A DNA stretch of 64,000 nt from Cladosporium halotolerans (lineage: Eukaryota): positions 186,001 to 250,000 of the forward strand of contig NW_027191471.1 of assembly GCF_011745625.1 (NCBI RefSeq), written 5' to 3'. The translations under genes and the position numbers were made by a program. The notes beneath the pieces are model-generated. The model searched no databases, was not told where the DNA came from, and was given only the letters and a program-made list of their open reading frames with translations. Shown piece by piece: positions 36,594 to 48,206 of the stretch (within the stretch, counting starts at the first letter, position 1; every line of letters begins with the position of its first letter).

Positions 36594-36846
36594 TTTTGGC
36601 GGGTAAAGAACGTGGGGTTAATGAGTGACTGAACGATAAACAAAAAGTGTATTATAGAGTTATGGAGGTCGTGAAGAAGTAGGCGATACCCATCGCGCAG
36701 TATCCTTTGTGTATGGACGCGCGGACGAGCAAGGCCTACTCGCAAATGCTGATCGTCATCCCATGTGGGTAGGGATCGACGCAGGGGCGTAGGAAGAACG
36801 CATGTAAAGAAAAGAAGTGGTGATACCGATCTGAGCATCCTTTTTT

Positions 36847-37190
36847 CTACTCAGACTTCTTCGAGTCAGAGACTGGGTGCCAGCTGAAACCGACTCTGTC
36901 TCCAGTGGTGCCGGCAGACTTGGTCGTCGTGATCCTGTCGTTGCCGTATGTGGTTTCGGTCGTGTCTCCTTTCTGGCCGAGAAGATTGTGCAGAGTATCC
37001 CCCAGACCAAGACCGCGAGATACTATGTGTCCGTCATGTTTAGCTACTTGATTGCTGTTGAGCTGGTTCACGTGTTAGCGGAATCTCCGATGTGATGGCC
37101 ATCTTCGCAGCTTACGCCTGATTCCGCCACAGGACGCCCCTCAACAAGTGTGCCGACTAGAGCCAGGGTAAGAGCGGAGAGGAAACGCAT
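36847..37190 (-). CDS. Small secreted protein, 96 aa, paralog of the adjacent repeat precursor
   Basis: Exon 1 37116-37190 is a signal peptide; intron 37063-37115 (GTAAGC...GCTAAC...CAG); exon 2 ends TKSAGTTGDRVGFSWHPVSDSKKSE. Confidence 0.82.
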
Positions 37191-37791
37191 GATGAGCTGG
37201 GGAGTTTTGAATGAGAGACACAGCGTATCGCTTCGATAATGATATCTTTGAGTAAAGGGCGGAGTATAGTATGAAGAAAATGTCTTGCCCATCGCAACGT
37301 CTTTTCTATGCGGAAACATATTGAAGCATTGATACCGTCACCTTACGCTAAGAAACGTTTTTCCATCCCTTTCTCAATATCAGCGACGTGAAGACCGGCA
37401 TCAAGAATGACGATTGCGGATCCGTGGTGTCGTCCACGAACAGTGGGGCCAACGTCGGCGGAAATGAATGGCTTCTATCTCCTAGCGCATCCTGCAGGGT
37501 TGCTGCTATTGTGCTCGAACGACCTTACCATTCACTTACTTTCGGATGCCCAAGAAGGATCAGTAATTATATTGCTTGGATTGCGTGAGGTACTCCGTTC
37601 TTGGCCCCTTGGGGACACCACGGTGCTCGTCAAGGTGATCAAAGTCGAAGAGCTCAACGTTAGGCAAAGCAGAAGCCCACTTCAAACCTCCAGAGCGCGG
37701 TAGCCCAACACGAAAGAACTTCTGGCAAAAAGACACCACTGCCAGAATAGCAGCTGTGACTAGGTGAGCAGGGCAAAAGAACAAAAGATGA

Positions 37792-37892
37792 TGGAGAAAC
37801 CCGGAGTCGAACCGGGAACCTTCTCCACTTAACAGATACAAGGGTGTCTCGTATGGTGCTAAGAAGATGTCATACCGCTAGACCATATCCCC
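37792..37892 (-). tRNA. tRNA-Ala(AGC) with 29-nt intron
   Basis: GGGGATA...TTTCTCCA acceptor stem with G3:U70; D arm; TCTTC/GGAGA anticodon stem with TTAGCA loop then intron; GGTTCGACTCC T-loop; T-run terminator. Confidence 0.93.
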
Positions 37893-38103
37893 GAACAGCT
37901 GAAGCTGTGTTTCGATGAGGAGTGGCCGGCTAGAATAAAGTATATGGCTTCAAATGACCCTGATCGTCAAGCTTCCCCAGATCCCCCTCCTGAACGCAGG
38001 TGCCAGCAACGCCGGACAAAGGCCACCTAGAACGCTCGACTTCCAAGCTTCAAGGACATCGCGTCCACCACCACCACCAACAACCGGCTGCTGCACCGCG
38101 ACC

Positions 38104-39025
38104 ATGGCGCCCGTCATGAACTCTTTGCTGGTCCTCTTGTCCTGCGTGGTGCTGGGCTTTGCCCACAACATGCAGCTGAAGGCGCACTCGCGCGAGTGCT
38201 TCCACGAGATGCTGCACGCCGACGACAGGATGACCGTCACCTTCCAGGTCGGCGATCGCGAGTTTGGTGGTAGTGGAAACTTGGATCTGGACTTCTGGGT
38301 ACGTGGTTATTTCCGACAAGCGGCGCATGAAAACCTGCATTGGCACTGCAAGAGGAAGGAATTGGAATACACGCGATAGGGATGGGCATTTGGTGGGATT
38401 CTGAATGTCGCGCTTGGGGAGAGCAGTTAAGCAAGAGACGAATGCTAACATTTTCGCGACTGGTATAGATCCAAAACCCCACCAATGCCTTCGAGGTCTA
38501 CGAGCGCTCCGTCAGCTCTGGCGACCACTCTTTCACGGCAAAGCACGACGGCAAGTACGAGTACTGCTTCAGCAACGAGCACTGGTCCGCAAACTCGAAG
38601 GAGGTCAGCTTTAACGTGCACGGAATCGTCTACGTGCCTGAGAGCGAGGCACCGCAAGATCCACTGGAGAAGGAGGGTAAGTCGGCGCAGAGATACGCTT
38701 CGCGGAATCCACGTACACAGGCGCTGACACGTCTTCCACAACAGTCAAGCAGCTTGCCGAGCTCCTTTCCCAGGTCAAGGACGAGCAAGGCTACATCATC
38801 GTGCGCGAGCGCACCCACCGCAACACTGCCGAGAGCACCAACGCTCGCGTCAAGTGGTGGAGCATCTTCCAGATGGGCGTCGTGATCGGCGAGGGCATCT
38901 TCCAGGTCTGGTGGCTCAAGCGTTTCTTCGAGGTCAAAGACCCCAGCAGACCCAGCTTCAACAAGGGCGCGCTCGGCTGACGTGTGTACATTTTTCGCGG
39001 CTTGTAGGTTAAACATATAGTCTGA
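38104..39025 (+). CDS. EMP24: p24/GOLD family cargo receptor (Emp24-like); 3 introns
   Basis: Signal peptide; ECFHE, GKYEYCFSN, VRERTHRNTAESTNARVKWWS, TM helix, LKRFFEVK tail. Confidence 0.9.
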
Positions 39026-39270
39026 GGAAACCATACACGACACGAACATTCGAACGCCTCGGAACGGCTTCCTGGTATTGCTTTGATTGCGGAAACGGCT
39101 ATTGAGATGTTGAATGGACCACAGGATGTGCCATTCTCTTCCTCCTTCTGGACGGCCGATCAGATAGACCTCAGCATACTTCCATTGAACGAGACCACGG
39201 ACCTGACAATCTCGCTAAGAACGCGCTCAATCCGCAGCCGACACTTCTTAGACTTCCAACCGTCCCACAA

Positions 39271-40334
39271 TCACAACTTCCCCGAAGGACCCCTCTTCTT
39301 CATCGCCTTGACATCAACCTCAACAACCATCCAAACCTGCTGACTGACAGCAACTAACTCCCCGCCCTCATCCCAAACCTCGCACCCCAAATCAAACCTC
39401 CCATCTCTAAGCCCCTTCATCCGAAACCTCGTAAAAAGCCACTTGACCCCCTCCGCCGGCAAGTTCTTCTTCACCTCGACCCCGATATTAATCGTAGGAT
39501 AGAACCGCGGCGCCGCCCATTCCGGATGCTGCTCCGGCATCCCGTCTCTCGCCCACAAGGCCGATCTGTCCGCCGTCGCCTGCGCCGTGTGCGGGCTGTT
39601 GGGGAAGAAGTTCTCCGGCGGCGGCACGCAGTGGTCGATGACCAGGCCGAGCATGGGCGTCGTCCATTTTTCGGCCGGCAGCGTTGGGCAGAGCCATTGT
39701 TCGCGGACGCCTTTGTCGGACGGTGCTGTGCGGGGCAGGGCGAAGGTGGCGTTTGTGAGGGCGGCGTTTTTGATGCCGGGGCGCCAGGGCACGTGGTAGC
39801 GGATGTAGTTTGGGTCTTGGTTGGAGAGGACGGCGGGGAAGGAGATGGGTGCTGGGGGTGGGGAGAGCGTGTAGCCCGTGGGGATTGTGAGGCCTTTTGT
39901 TTTGGAGCGGTTGGTGTTACTGTTCGTTGGAAGGTCGTGTGAGCGGAGCCTTCTGGAGTATTGAAGGGTACTTCTGGAACAGGAGAAACTCACGTAGCGT
40001 AGCCAACGACTCGCTCTTTACCACCATGCACCAGGCTCATGTGCACAGTGCTACTTCCTTTGCCTAATCTCACATCTTTGACATGGACCGTTGCGTCTCC
40101 CAATGGTGCTGGCCGGAGCAACTCGAGGTGCATAGCCACAGTATCCGGCTGCGCATAGCTCGCCAGAGTGGTTCGAAAGTGTTCCCCTACGACATTCCAT
40201 AGCAGCGAGAACAAGTAGCCACCATGAGCCACGGAGCCCCAAGCAAAATCGGCGTGAATGTTGACCTTGTATTCATGGTCGCCACAAGACTGGATTCGCG
40301 AAGCCTCGTCGAACGTCGTAGGTGGAAGAGACAT
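39271..40334 (-). CDS. Hotdog-fold thioesterase-like protein; 1 intron
   Basis: GSVAHGGY, HLELLRP, FYPTINIGVEVKK.LP, GRFDLGCEVWD..GELVA.S.Q; donor GTGAGT near 39993; ends GKL. Confidence 0.85.
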
Positions 40335-41246
40335 GTTCAATAACGAAATCAAGAAGCCCGCATCAACGATTTATCACAAGAACAGCTGAAGGGGTAATAT
40401 AAAGCAGCGTTCAGCTCCCAGTTAAGCTTTTGAGAAATAGACCTAGCACGGAAGAGAGCTGAAGTCTATAAGGTGCTCGCCCTGGCGCTCCTGAGGCATC
40501 GTCTTTGTGCAATGTGGAGGGCTCCACAAAAGCCCTCGATCCTCCATCCTGCGCCCGCGGGATCGCTCATGCAAAGGCCGTCCCTGCCGTGCTCTGACGC
40601 CCCTCATTCTCGTGGCTGCCAGTCCTTCCGCAGCTGTCCGTGCAGCAATGTCTTTACCTGACACTTGAGGACGATCTGCTTGTCGGCGGACGGCCCACAG
40701 AGCCACGCCCGACCTTCCAATCCTTACAGCAAGCGTGTTCAATCGTCATGTATGCGACCTTCTCAGAATTCCGGCAAGAGTCCATCCATCCATCCTCAAA
40801 ACTAACCCTCGTAAACAAAACCCACGCACACGATCGACAGCGCAGCGCAGCCAGCTCGGGATCGACGAGCCGGGGGACGAGCTGCACCTCGTTGCGCGCA
40901 GCCTGCATGACAATGGAACCCGGGCCGCCACGCCCAATCGATCGGCGCGACACGCAACGCGGTGGGCGCAAGTCCGAGGTTCGCCGGTCGTGTAGCACTC
41001 AGTGAAACCATTGCGGCTGGCGCGTTTGGAAAACTACGATTAATTTGATTGTCTGACTGTCTATACACACTGCCAAAAAGGGGGTATCTTCCTGATCGCC
41101 TGGGCTAACTAAGTAATTGACAAACAAAAGAGAAACAGGCGCGCGGCAGAGGCTCAGAGGTTGCTGCGCCGGTGGTGCTGTGGTAGTGAGAAATAAACAA
41201 TTGCTCCGTTTCTTCGTCCTCCTCTTGCTCGTCGCCATCCATCGCC

Positions 41247-44200
41247 TTACAGCAACCGAGCCGTCTCCCTCCAATAGCCCGAAATCTCCGTCAAGACGTC
41301 GCCCATGATCGTCGGGCTAGCCATGAGCCCATGGCCCTCGTCCTCGAGCACTCTGACCTCGCAGCCGCCGTTCCTGGTCTCGAACTCCGACGCGGGGTTG
41401 GCGAGAACGGCGCGGTTCATCTGGTCGCCGAGCCAGCGCACGTTGCCGACGGGCACGCGCTTGTCCTCGGCGCCGTGCGTGATGACGACCGCGGCGCTGA
41501 TGTCCGTGTAGCGGAAGCCGACCTCGCGGTGGCGCTCGAGGCAGACGAGCAGGTCGGTGGCCGGGTTGGAGTCGCGGATCGCGTACTCCCAGGTGCGCTG
41601 CGTCAGGCGGCTGGAGTAGACGGCCTGGCGCTCGCGCTCGGCGTGCTCGGCGGCGTTGAGGGCGGTGGAAGCGTAGGTGAAGGCCGGGTCCGTGGGCGTC
41701 GCGGTCGCGGAGAGCATGAGGGATTCGTGCTTGTCGGGGGAGGTCGAACGGCCCCGGCCGCGGATGGGGAAGTTTTCCATAGGGTTGGAGCTCGGCATGT
41801 ACTGGTCCATCAGCATCAGGGATTCGCGCCGTGAGAAATCGGGCCGGTCGCCGCCGGAGGTAGTTGGTCGCTTTGCGCCTTGCGAGCGGTTTGGGAACTC
41901 GGCGTACTCTGGGCTGGGAGGGTATGAGCCGGTGCCGGATGGCTTGCGCTTGTTGGCGGACTTGTTGAGAGATGCTGACGCCGAGGCCATGAATGACGAG
42001 TTCGCAGCTCTCAGGAAAGGTGTTGGTAGTACGCGCAGAAGACGCTGACTGCGAGGCAGAACAGCTGCGGGAGTAGATGATTCGGTGGGATATGACGCTG
42101 TTTCCATCTGGCTGGGAGGGATCCAAGGAGCCAGAAGATGCACTTTGCCCTTGACCATATGGGGCAAAACCAAAGCGGTAGCGAGCGCATAGACGGCTCC
42201 AGCAGAGTGCGCAAGAAGGCTGAAAGTCTCGATTCCAAGATGGTCGCAGACAGTCAAGACGTCGTTGGGCCAATTTAATGGGCCGCTCCGGTCATTTTGT
42301 GGGTATCCGTCGCTTCCACCACAACCAGGGCGTTCAATGGTGACTAGCCGCAGACGAAGGGTCGTCGCCAGCTCATCGTAAAATGCTGTAACGAACCTCG
42401 TGAGACCCATGCCAACGCAGACGATCACCGCTGAGCCCTTTGGGTCTCCGACCTCCGAAAAGCTGATGGTGCGACCACTGACAACGTGACGAATCTTCTG
42501 ATTCAGACGTTGAGCTCGCAAGAACCCAAGTACCGCGTCTTCCACACTGTCTCTTCGCTCAGCCTGCAATTGCTCCTCTGCGGCTTTTGCGTTGCGCGAG
42601 TCGCTGATTGACTTTCGACGGGGCTTCCTGCCGAAATCTTCTGGCAGATCCGGATGGGCAAAGCGACTTTGCGAGCTCCGTTTGCTGCGCGACTGCCTCA
42701 AAGAGGGTACTTGCAGGCTAGACGACCTTCCTACACTGTTCGTAGTCGATACCGAGGCTCGTCTGAAAGGGACAGTCGGCATCGCAGCCTCGATGCTAGG
42801 CCTTGTGCTTTCGAATGATGGCGTACCGCTTCTCGCACTCTGAAGGGCATGCACAGCTTGCGCATAGGAGAAGTCGAGGGAAACTTGGGGCGAGGTTTGA
42901 GCAGTGTCCGGCAAGCTACTCGCCGAGAGCGGCGAAAGCGGCTCGAAGTAATGGCCCGGCACTGGACTGCTTTCTGGCACATAGGTTGCTCCCATCGTCG
43001 GCGACTCGACCAAGTCATGTAGCATCGGTGATTCCGTACGCAGTCCCAGCCCATGGTTCATGTCGATTGGCTCAGTGATCGATCTACGCGCCGCTGGTCG
43101 CGTTGTAGCCCTCGGAGTGGCGTTTCCGTGGTCGCTGCTGGGTGCGGTATGCGCGTGGGGCGGGGACTCGATGCCTTCTTCGGATATGGAGGTTGCACTA
43201 GACTCTAGCAATCGTGATTGTCGCCTTTTCCGGAGCTCCATGATGCGCTTGACAGTCTCATCCTCTTCTCCAAGATCCAGGAAGCTGTTATCGGAGATCG
43301 GCTCCGCTCGTTTCGATTGGAATGGGTTGCTTGTAAAATCCGAATGCTTGGAGCTTTTGGCTTTCTTCTTCTTCATTGGTGCAGGGCTGCTCGAGGATTG
43401 TCGCAAAGACGAAGTTCGCAGCGGAATCGAATCCATCATTGGGCTTGGCCTTGGTGATGCTTGTACTGACTGGGTAAGACTGGGCGATGCCTGATGAATG
43501 GTGTCCTTGTAGCTTTCGTTGCTTTTGCTCCTGATCGACAAAGATTTTGGTGTAGGGGGCCCAGATATCTTCTCGTCTGTGCTGTCAGAGTCCAGGAATA
43601 CTCGTGTCTTTGATGTGAAGGACGGCGGGGACGCTTTCCTTCGGACAACTCCAGAATTGCGCCTATTAGATTGAGGGGCATTGTTCATTGCCAAAGCAGC
43701 CAAATGCTGTCTCTCTTTTTCCTCGGCATGAAGTTCCTTTCTTCGCACGCTCTGGGGTGAATGCTGCCTGGCCTGCGCTGATTCCAATGACTGCTGGATA
43801 TTCTGCTTTATCCAGCTCTCCGCACTCAGGTTGTTTTTGGCAGGATAAAGTGGCTCTCGTCGTGTCGAAACCGGAGAACGTTGTAGAGAATGTAGTGAAG
43901 GTCTGTGTAGTGATTCGCTGTGGATTGACGGTCTGGAAGGTCGCAGGGAGCGTTGCGACAAAGTTGACGTCGAAGGAGAAGCCGGGATGACAGGTGGGGG
44001 CGCAGCCTCATCGCTGTCAACAACTTCCCATTCAGGACGCGCGCTGGATACACTTCCATAAGCCGCCGTGTCGGGTGGCGGCATGAAAGAAGAGCGTATT
44101 ATGCTGGGAGAGCTGGCGACGCTGGCGCTCGGCGAATGCGCAATCGAGTCACTGCGTCTGCTGCTGATTGAGTGAGAGTAATAGCTTGGTGGTGATATGC

Positions 44201-44381
44201 TGGCCGAAGGATCGAATGTGTCGAGTGACGATATTATAGATGTGATAACAGCGTGATTGGCGGGGCGGCTCTTCACACGGTTAGGCGAGTGTTTCCTCCC
44301 AGATGTCGAGGTGTCGCGGGTCCTTGATCGCCGCATCTGCGGCTCCAGATCGGCCTGCTGGTGAATGGAGGGACTTGCCAT
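41247..44381 (-). CDS. Alpha/beta hydrolase domain protein with long Ser/Pro/Arg-rich disordered N-terminus
   Basis: 1044-aa ORF; GRTISFSEVGDPKG, AHSAGAVYALA, HGAEDKRVP, EGHGLMA. Confidence 0.85.
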   Translation of the reverse strand: MASPSIHQQADLEPQMRRSRTRDTSTSGRKHSPNRVKSRPANHAVITSIISSLDTFDPSASISPPSYYSHSISSRRSDSIAHSPSASVASSPSIIRSSFMPPPDTAAYGSVSSARPEWEVVDSDEAAPPPVIPASPSTSTLSQRSLRPSRPSIHSESLHRPSLHSLQRSPVSTRREPLYPAKNNLSAESWIKQNIQQSLESAQARQHSPQSVRRKELHAEEKERQHLAALAMNNAPQSNRRNSGVVRRKASPPSFTSKTRVFLDSDSTDEKISGPPTPKSLSIRSKSNESYKDTIHQASPSLTQSVQASPRPSPMMDSIPLRTSSLRQSSSSPAPMKKKKAKSSKHSDFTSNPFQSKRAEPISDNSFLDLGEEDETVKRIMELRKRRQSRLLESSATSISEEGIESPPHAHTAPSSDHGNATPRATTRPAARRSITEPIDMNHGLGLRTESPMLHDLVESPTMGATYVPESSPVPGHYFEPLSPLSASSLPDTAQTSPQVSLDFSYAQAVHALQSARSGTPSFESTRPSIEAAMPTVPFRRASVSTTNSVGRSSSLQVPSLRQSRSKRSSQSRFAHPDLPEDFGRKPRRKSISDSRNAKAAEEQLQAERRDSVEDAVLGFLRAQRLNQKIRHVVSGRTISFSEVGDPKGSAVIVCVGMGLTRFVTAFYDELATTLRLRLVTIERPGCGGSDGYPQNDRSGPLNWPNDVLTVCDHLGIETFSLLAHSAGAVYALATALVLPHMVKGKVHLLAPWIPPSQMETASYPTESSTPAAVLPRSQRLLRVLPTPFLRAANSSFMASASASLNKSANKRKPSGTGSYPPSPEYAEFPNRSQGAKRPTTSGGDRPDFSRRESLMLMDQYMPSSNPMENFPIRGRGRSTSPDKHESLMLSATATPTDPAFTYASTALNAAEHAERERQAVYSSRLTQRTWEYAIRDSNPATDLLVCLERHREVGFRYTDISAAVVITHGAEDKRVPVGNVRWLGDQMNRAVLANPASEFETRNGGCEVRVLEDEGHGLMASPTIMGDVLTEISGYWRETARLL

Positions 44382-46991
44382 GGCAGCACGCGTGCCAATG
44401 TGTGGTCACACCTCGCTCTCTTGGTGTTTCTGCCCTCGCGTGCTTGTCAGATGTGCCGGTCGTGGTCTGGTGTGCGCTAGCTCCGGGTGCGCGCCGCAGT
44501 GATCGCAGCCAGTCAAGTGTCACGCCTTGCTCTTATGCGCCGGAGGTGTGCCAGACCATCTCGCTTTGGTGCTCGCAGGCGCGTGGTATGTTTGAAGGAT
44601 GTCGGCCAATGTCCTGCTCGTCGGTATTCGGACGGAAAGCCCTAGTGGACGGGATGGATGTTGCTTTCGCGCCAGCTTACGCGTGAAGAGAGTGGAGGTG
44701 CGGTACTGACGCGGTGGAGGCGCGCGGCGTAAGAGTGAGGGCGCAAGGGCGACGAGCAAGACCCGCGCCGCTCTCACGGCGGGAGAAGAATAACGAGGGC
44801 AGATCGCGGCACCAGAAGACTGCCCACCCTCCTCTTGTGCTACGGGCCTCAGGCGCGCCCGCCCTGCCACCTCTGCCGAGCCCCTGTCTGGACGTTTCAC
44901 ACCTCGTGCTGCCTCGAGCGAGGCTAGCGTACCACCCTCGCTCCACCGGATCCACGCAGCTTAATCACCTGAAGAAACTCTGCTGGCCAATCGCCTCCCT
45001 CGTACGCTAGTGGCCCTCCGGCGAGCGATTTTCTGGCCGGGTCTGCTTGTCATGGACGATGGGACAAGACAAGATCATGCTGTTGTATGCTCACCACAAC
45101 ACACGCACAACTCCAGCCCTGAACCCCGAGCTCCGGTCCGAGGCCCCCGGCATCCCCAGCACATGCAGCACCCTCCCGAAAGATCGAGGCTACTCCACTC
45201 GCTAACGGCAGCGCACGATCCGGCCACGGCCACGGACCTGCCGCCGGCAGCAAGCGAAGCGGGAACAAGGTTCACAGCCGGCGGGCTCCAGACCTCCCGC
45301 ACCCACCGGCACGCAGAAGGACTCGAATCCCAGTCGATAACGACTCCGTGCACTCGGTACTACTGAGCGCTCGTTTGCATGCAGCTCGCAGTGCTTCCGG
45401 CGTCGCCTGCGGTCGAGTGCGACCCGTTCGCTGCTTGACGCAGGCTGGGCTGGACGTTCAGCTCAACGGCGGCGCGCTCGGGCGCGTCTATCAGGTGCCC
45501 AATTGCGAATGTGGTCCCGCCGTCTCCTGAGCCTAGCATCGGGGCACGAGATGCTTCTGGAAATGAATATGAGTCGCGTCGTGGCCGTTGTCCAGCCTTG
45601 ACCGCGGAGCATTACTCTTGTGACTTGATATGTCGTCGCCATTACTGCCCTGAGCCTTATGAATGAATTCCGCGCTAACGCCAGCTTCGTTGTTGAAGAG
45701 CTATCTGACGCATCTGACGACAACTCATGACCAGTCCGACATTTCGCACGACCAGCAGAGGTCGCAATGCTCGGAAATTTTTTTAACCCCCCGACACCCA
45801 GCGACACTGACACGCCCCCTTGCAAGGCAATAAACATCCATCCTTCTAGCGCTTCCAACCCCCACCACAACAGGGCGGGCTGCCCTACGCAACAGCCACC
45901 GCTCGTTTTCCTCGTGTTCCCCCTCTCCCGATCCATCCTCTCCCACCCGTCATCCCAAGAAACGGTCTTCCGTGCCCCGGCGACAACGTCGCTCCTCCGA
46001 TTCAATCGATTCACGGACCTTCAGGGGAACCGTCTTGCGCACTCTCGCCCGCCTTCGAAGCCCGTGGAGCCGTCCTTAATCGACCTGAAGACCATTAGAA
46101 GTCAGCGAAGGATCCGTCCTTCCCCACCATTTCGACCATGCCAATTCTGTGCTTCACGCCACGCCTCACATCGCACGCATCGAAAAGCGAAAGCTGATCT
46201 GGCATCCCGCGCGTCAAGCACGAGAGGGCTAGCGAATACGAGAGCTCGATTCGGCATCGATAAAGTGCAGATCACGAGATCAAGAAAACTAGCGTAAAGA
46301 GGAACGAAAGTGAACAAGTCAATCGGCCACGGAAAGCGAAAATTGCGCGCAAAAAGCGTAAGCTTCGCTTGCTTGCAAAGTAACAAGAGGTAAGGTAAGT
46401 AAGTAGCGTAACATAACGTAAAGCGCATATGTACAAGCAAGCCCAAGTCAAGAAAAAAAAAACACGCCACGATCTGGACAACGCCGAGGCCGTGGATGCC
46501 CAGCAGCGTTGAATAACGAAGTCCAGTCGCATGGGGAATAATCAAAGGAATGTTCCTTTCTTTTTGCTTCGAATGGTCCAACAACAACAACAAACATCGC
46601 GACAAAGAGCCGCCCGTGGGCGGGTCGGGTAGTTTGCAGCCACGAGAAATAAGGAAAGACGCCAACGTCTCGTCACTCTGCGAAATCCTGTCCAGAACGG
46701 AAGACGAGAGACGAGAGGAGGTCCCCCGTTTGAAAAGGAGGAGAAAGGAAGCCACGCCAGAACACCGATAAGAAAAGAACGAGACCGCGCCATTGCCACC
46801 CAAATTTTTTCCGTCGTGCGACACAAAGTTTTCATTCTTGCTTGCTTCAGAGCTGTTTTCGCCGGCGCTATGCTGTAGCGGGAATCAAGGGGAATTCGGG
46901 TTTTCAATAAGAGAGGGTGGGCGTGAGATGCGTTAGGGAGACATTAAGAGAGGTCGTTGCGAGAATGCGGGAAATCGGGGGGGAAGGAGGA

Positions 46992-48206
46992 TCATCGTCG
47001 CGAGCGGCGCGTGTCCCTCGTCCGTCGGTCGTCGGAGCTGGCGCTGCCTGTGAGGAGAGGATTGTTAGCTCGGGGTCATGGTTGATGTGTGATCGCAGGT
47101 CGAAGCTTACTGGCACTAGTGTTGGTGTAGTAGTCGCTGGAGTACGAGTACTCGCTGTACTTCTCGTCATCGTGGCGGCGGTCGTGGCGTCTCTTCAAGC
47201 CCAGGACTGCCCAGAGACCTGCGAGCGCACCCGCAACGCCGAGCGCCTTCTTGGACTCGCTGTGGCGCTGTGGACGCGAAGGACGAGCTGCTGCGCCGTA
47301 CCAGGTGCGGCCACCGGCTCCAGAGCCGCCATAGCGAGACCCGCCGTGGTGGCTGTAGCGCTCGTACTCGTCAATTTCAGTCCGACGCTTCTTCTTCTTG
47401 TTGCCGCCGCCGAAAATGGCAGCGACGCCGCTGAAGAGCCCCCGCACGCAGCAGTAGAAGCAGATGAGGCCTAGCAGGATGAGACCGGCAATGACTCCAA
47501 TCACGATACCTGCGATGGCTCCGCCTGAAAGACCGCCACTGCCACCGTCACTCTCAGTAAGTCCGCCCACTTGTGCACCGGTCGCGACAGGAGTCTCGAA
47601 AGGTACAGTAGTGGTTGGCGCTTCGGTTTCGGTGACGATGATCAGGGTGCTGGATGTTGGTCGCAAAGGTACACCGGCGGCATTTGTGGTCTCGTACATT
47701 GTGCTGTAGTAGCTGGTGTAGTAGGCGGAGCTGTCGCCATTGGCAGCATCTTTGCAGTGGCCTTGAGTGTAGCAGTACTGGCTGCTCTTGCAGCAGATGT
47801 CGCCACACGGGGATTCGTTTTTCGCATAGTCGCACGCTCCAGAGGTAGGCTGGCTCCAGTCGCCGCCTCCGACGTATGAGCTAATGGTACTGGTCACGGT
47901 CTTGAGGTCGGTCTCGACGTAAGTGGTGGTATGGTATTGCCAGCTCCCTCCGGTTCCCGTGGCGCCGGCAGCAGTGCTGCTACATTGTGCCTGGTTGTTG
48001 GCGTCTGTGTAACAGCCGTAGCCCGCTGAACAGCAGAGTTGACCGTTCCATCCACAGGCCTGTCCGGCGCATGCTCCCCGCTCGAAGAGTTGGCTGTAAG
48101 GCACTCCGGCCTCGAGCGGTGGGAAGGCAGATGTGAGATGTGGGGCGAGCAAGATTGTCGATAGGAGCTGCAAAAGCGGCGTGGACACCGGGTGCGGGCG
48201 CATCAT
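46992..48206 (-). CDS. Type I single-pass cell-surface protein (Cys-rich ectodomain, Ser/Thr stalk, basic tail); 1 intron near the 3' end
   Basis: Signal peptide; two Cys clusters; GLSGGAIAGIVIGVIAGLILLGLICFYCC TM segment; donor GTAAGC near 47110 and a short last exon. Confidence 0.8.

Noticed and set aside
35911..36632. Plus-strand ORFs 35911-36606 and 36141-36632
   Set aside because: Antisense to the spliced secreted-peptide gene, which has the signal peptide and splice signals
38299..38468. Possible intronic C/D snoRNA in p24 intron 1 (terminal stem CAAGCG/CGCTTG, CTGA)
   Set aside because: No acceptable C box (ATGAAAA instead of RTGATGA) and no recognisable guide
44400..46990. ORFs in the 2.5-kb gap, e.g. 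46102-46824 and 45767-46297
   Set aside because: No codon bias or motifs; composition fits UTR and promoter sequence
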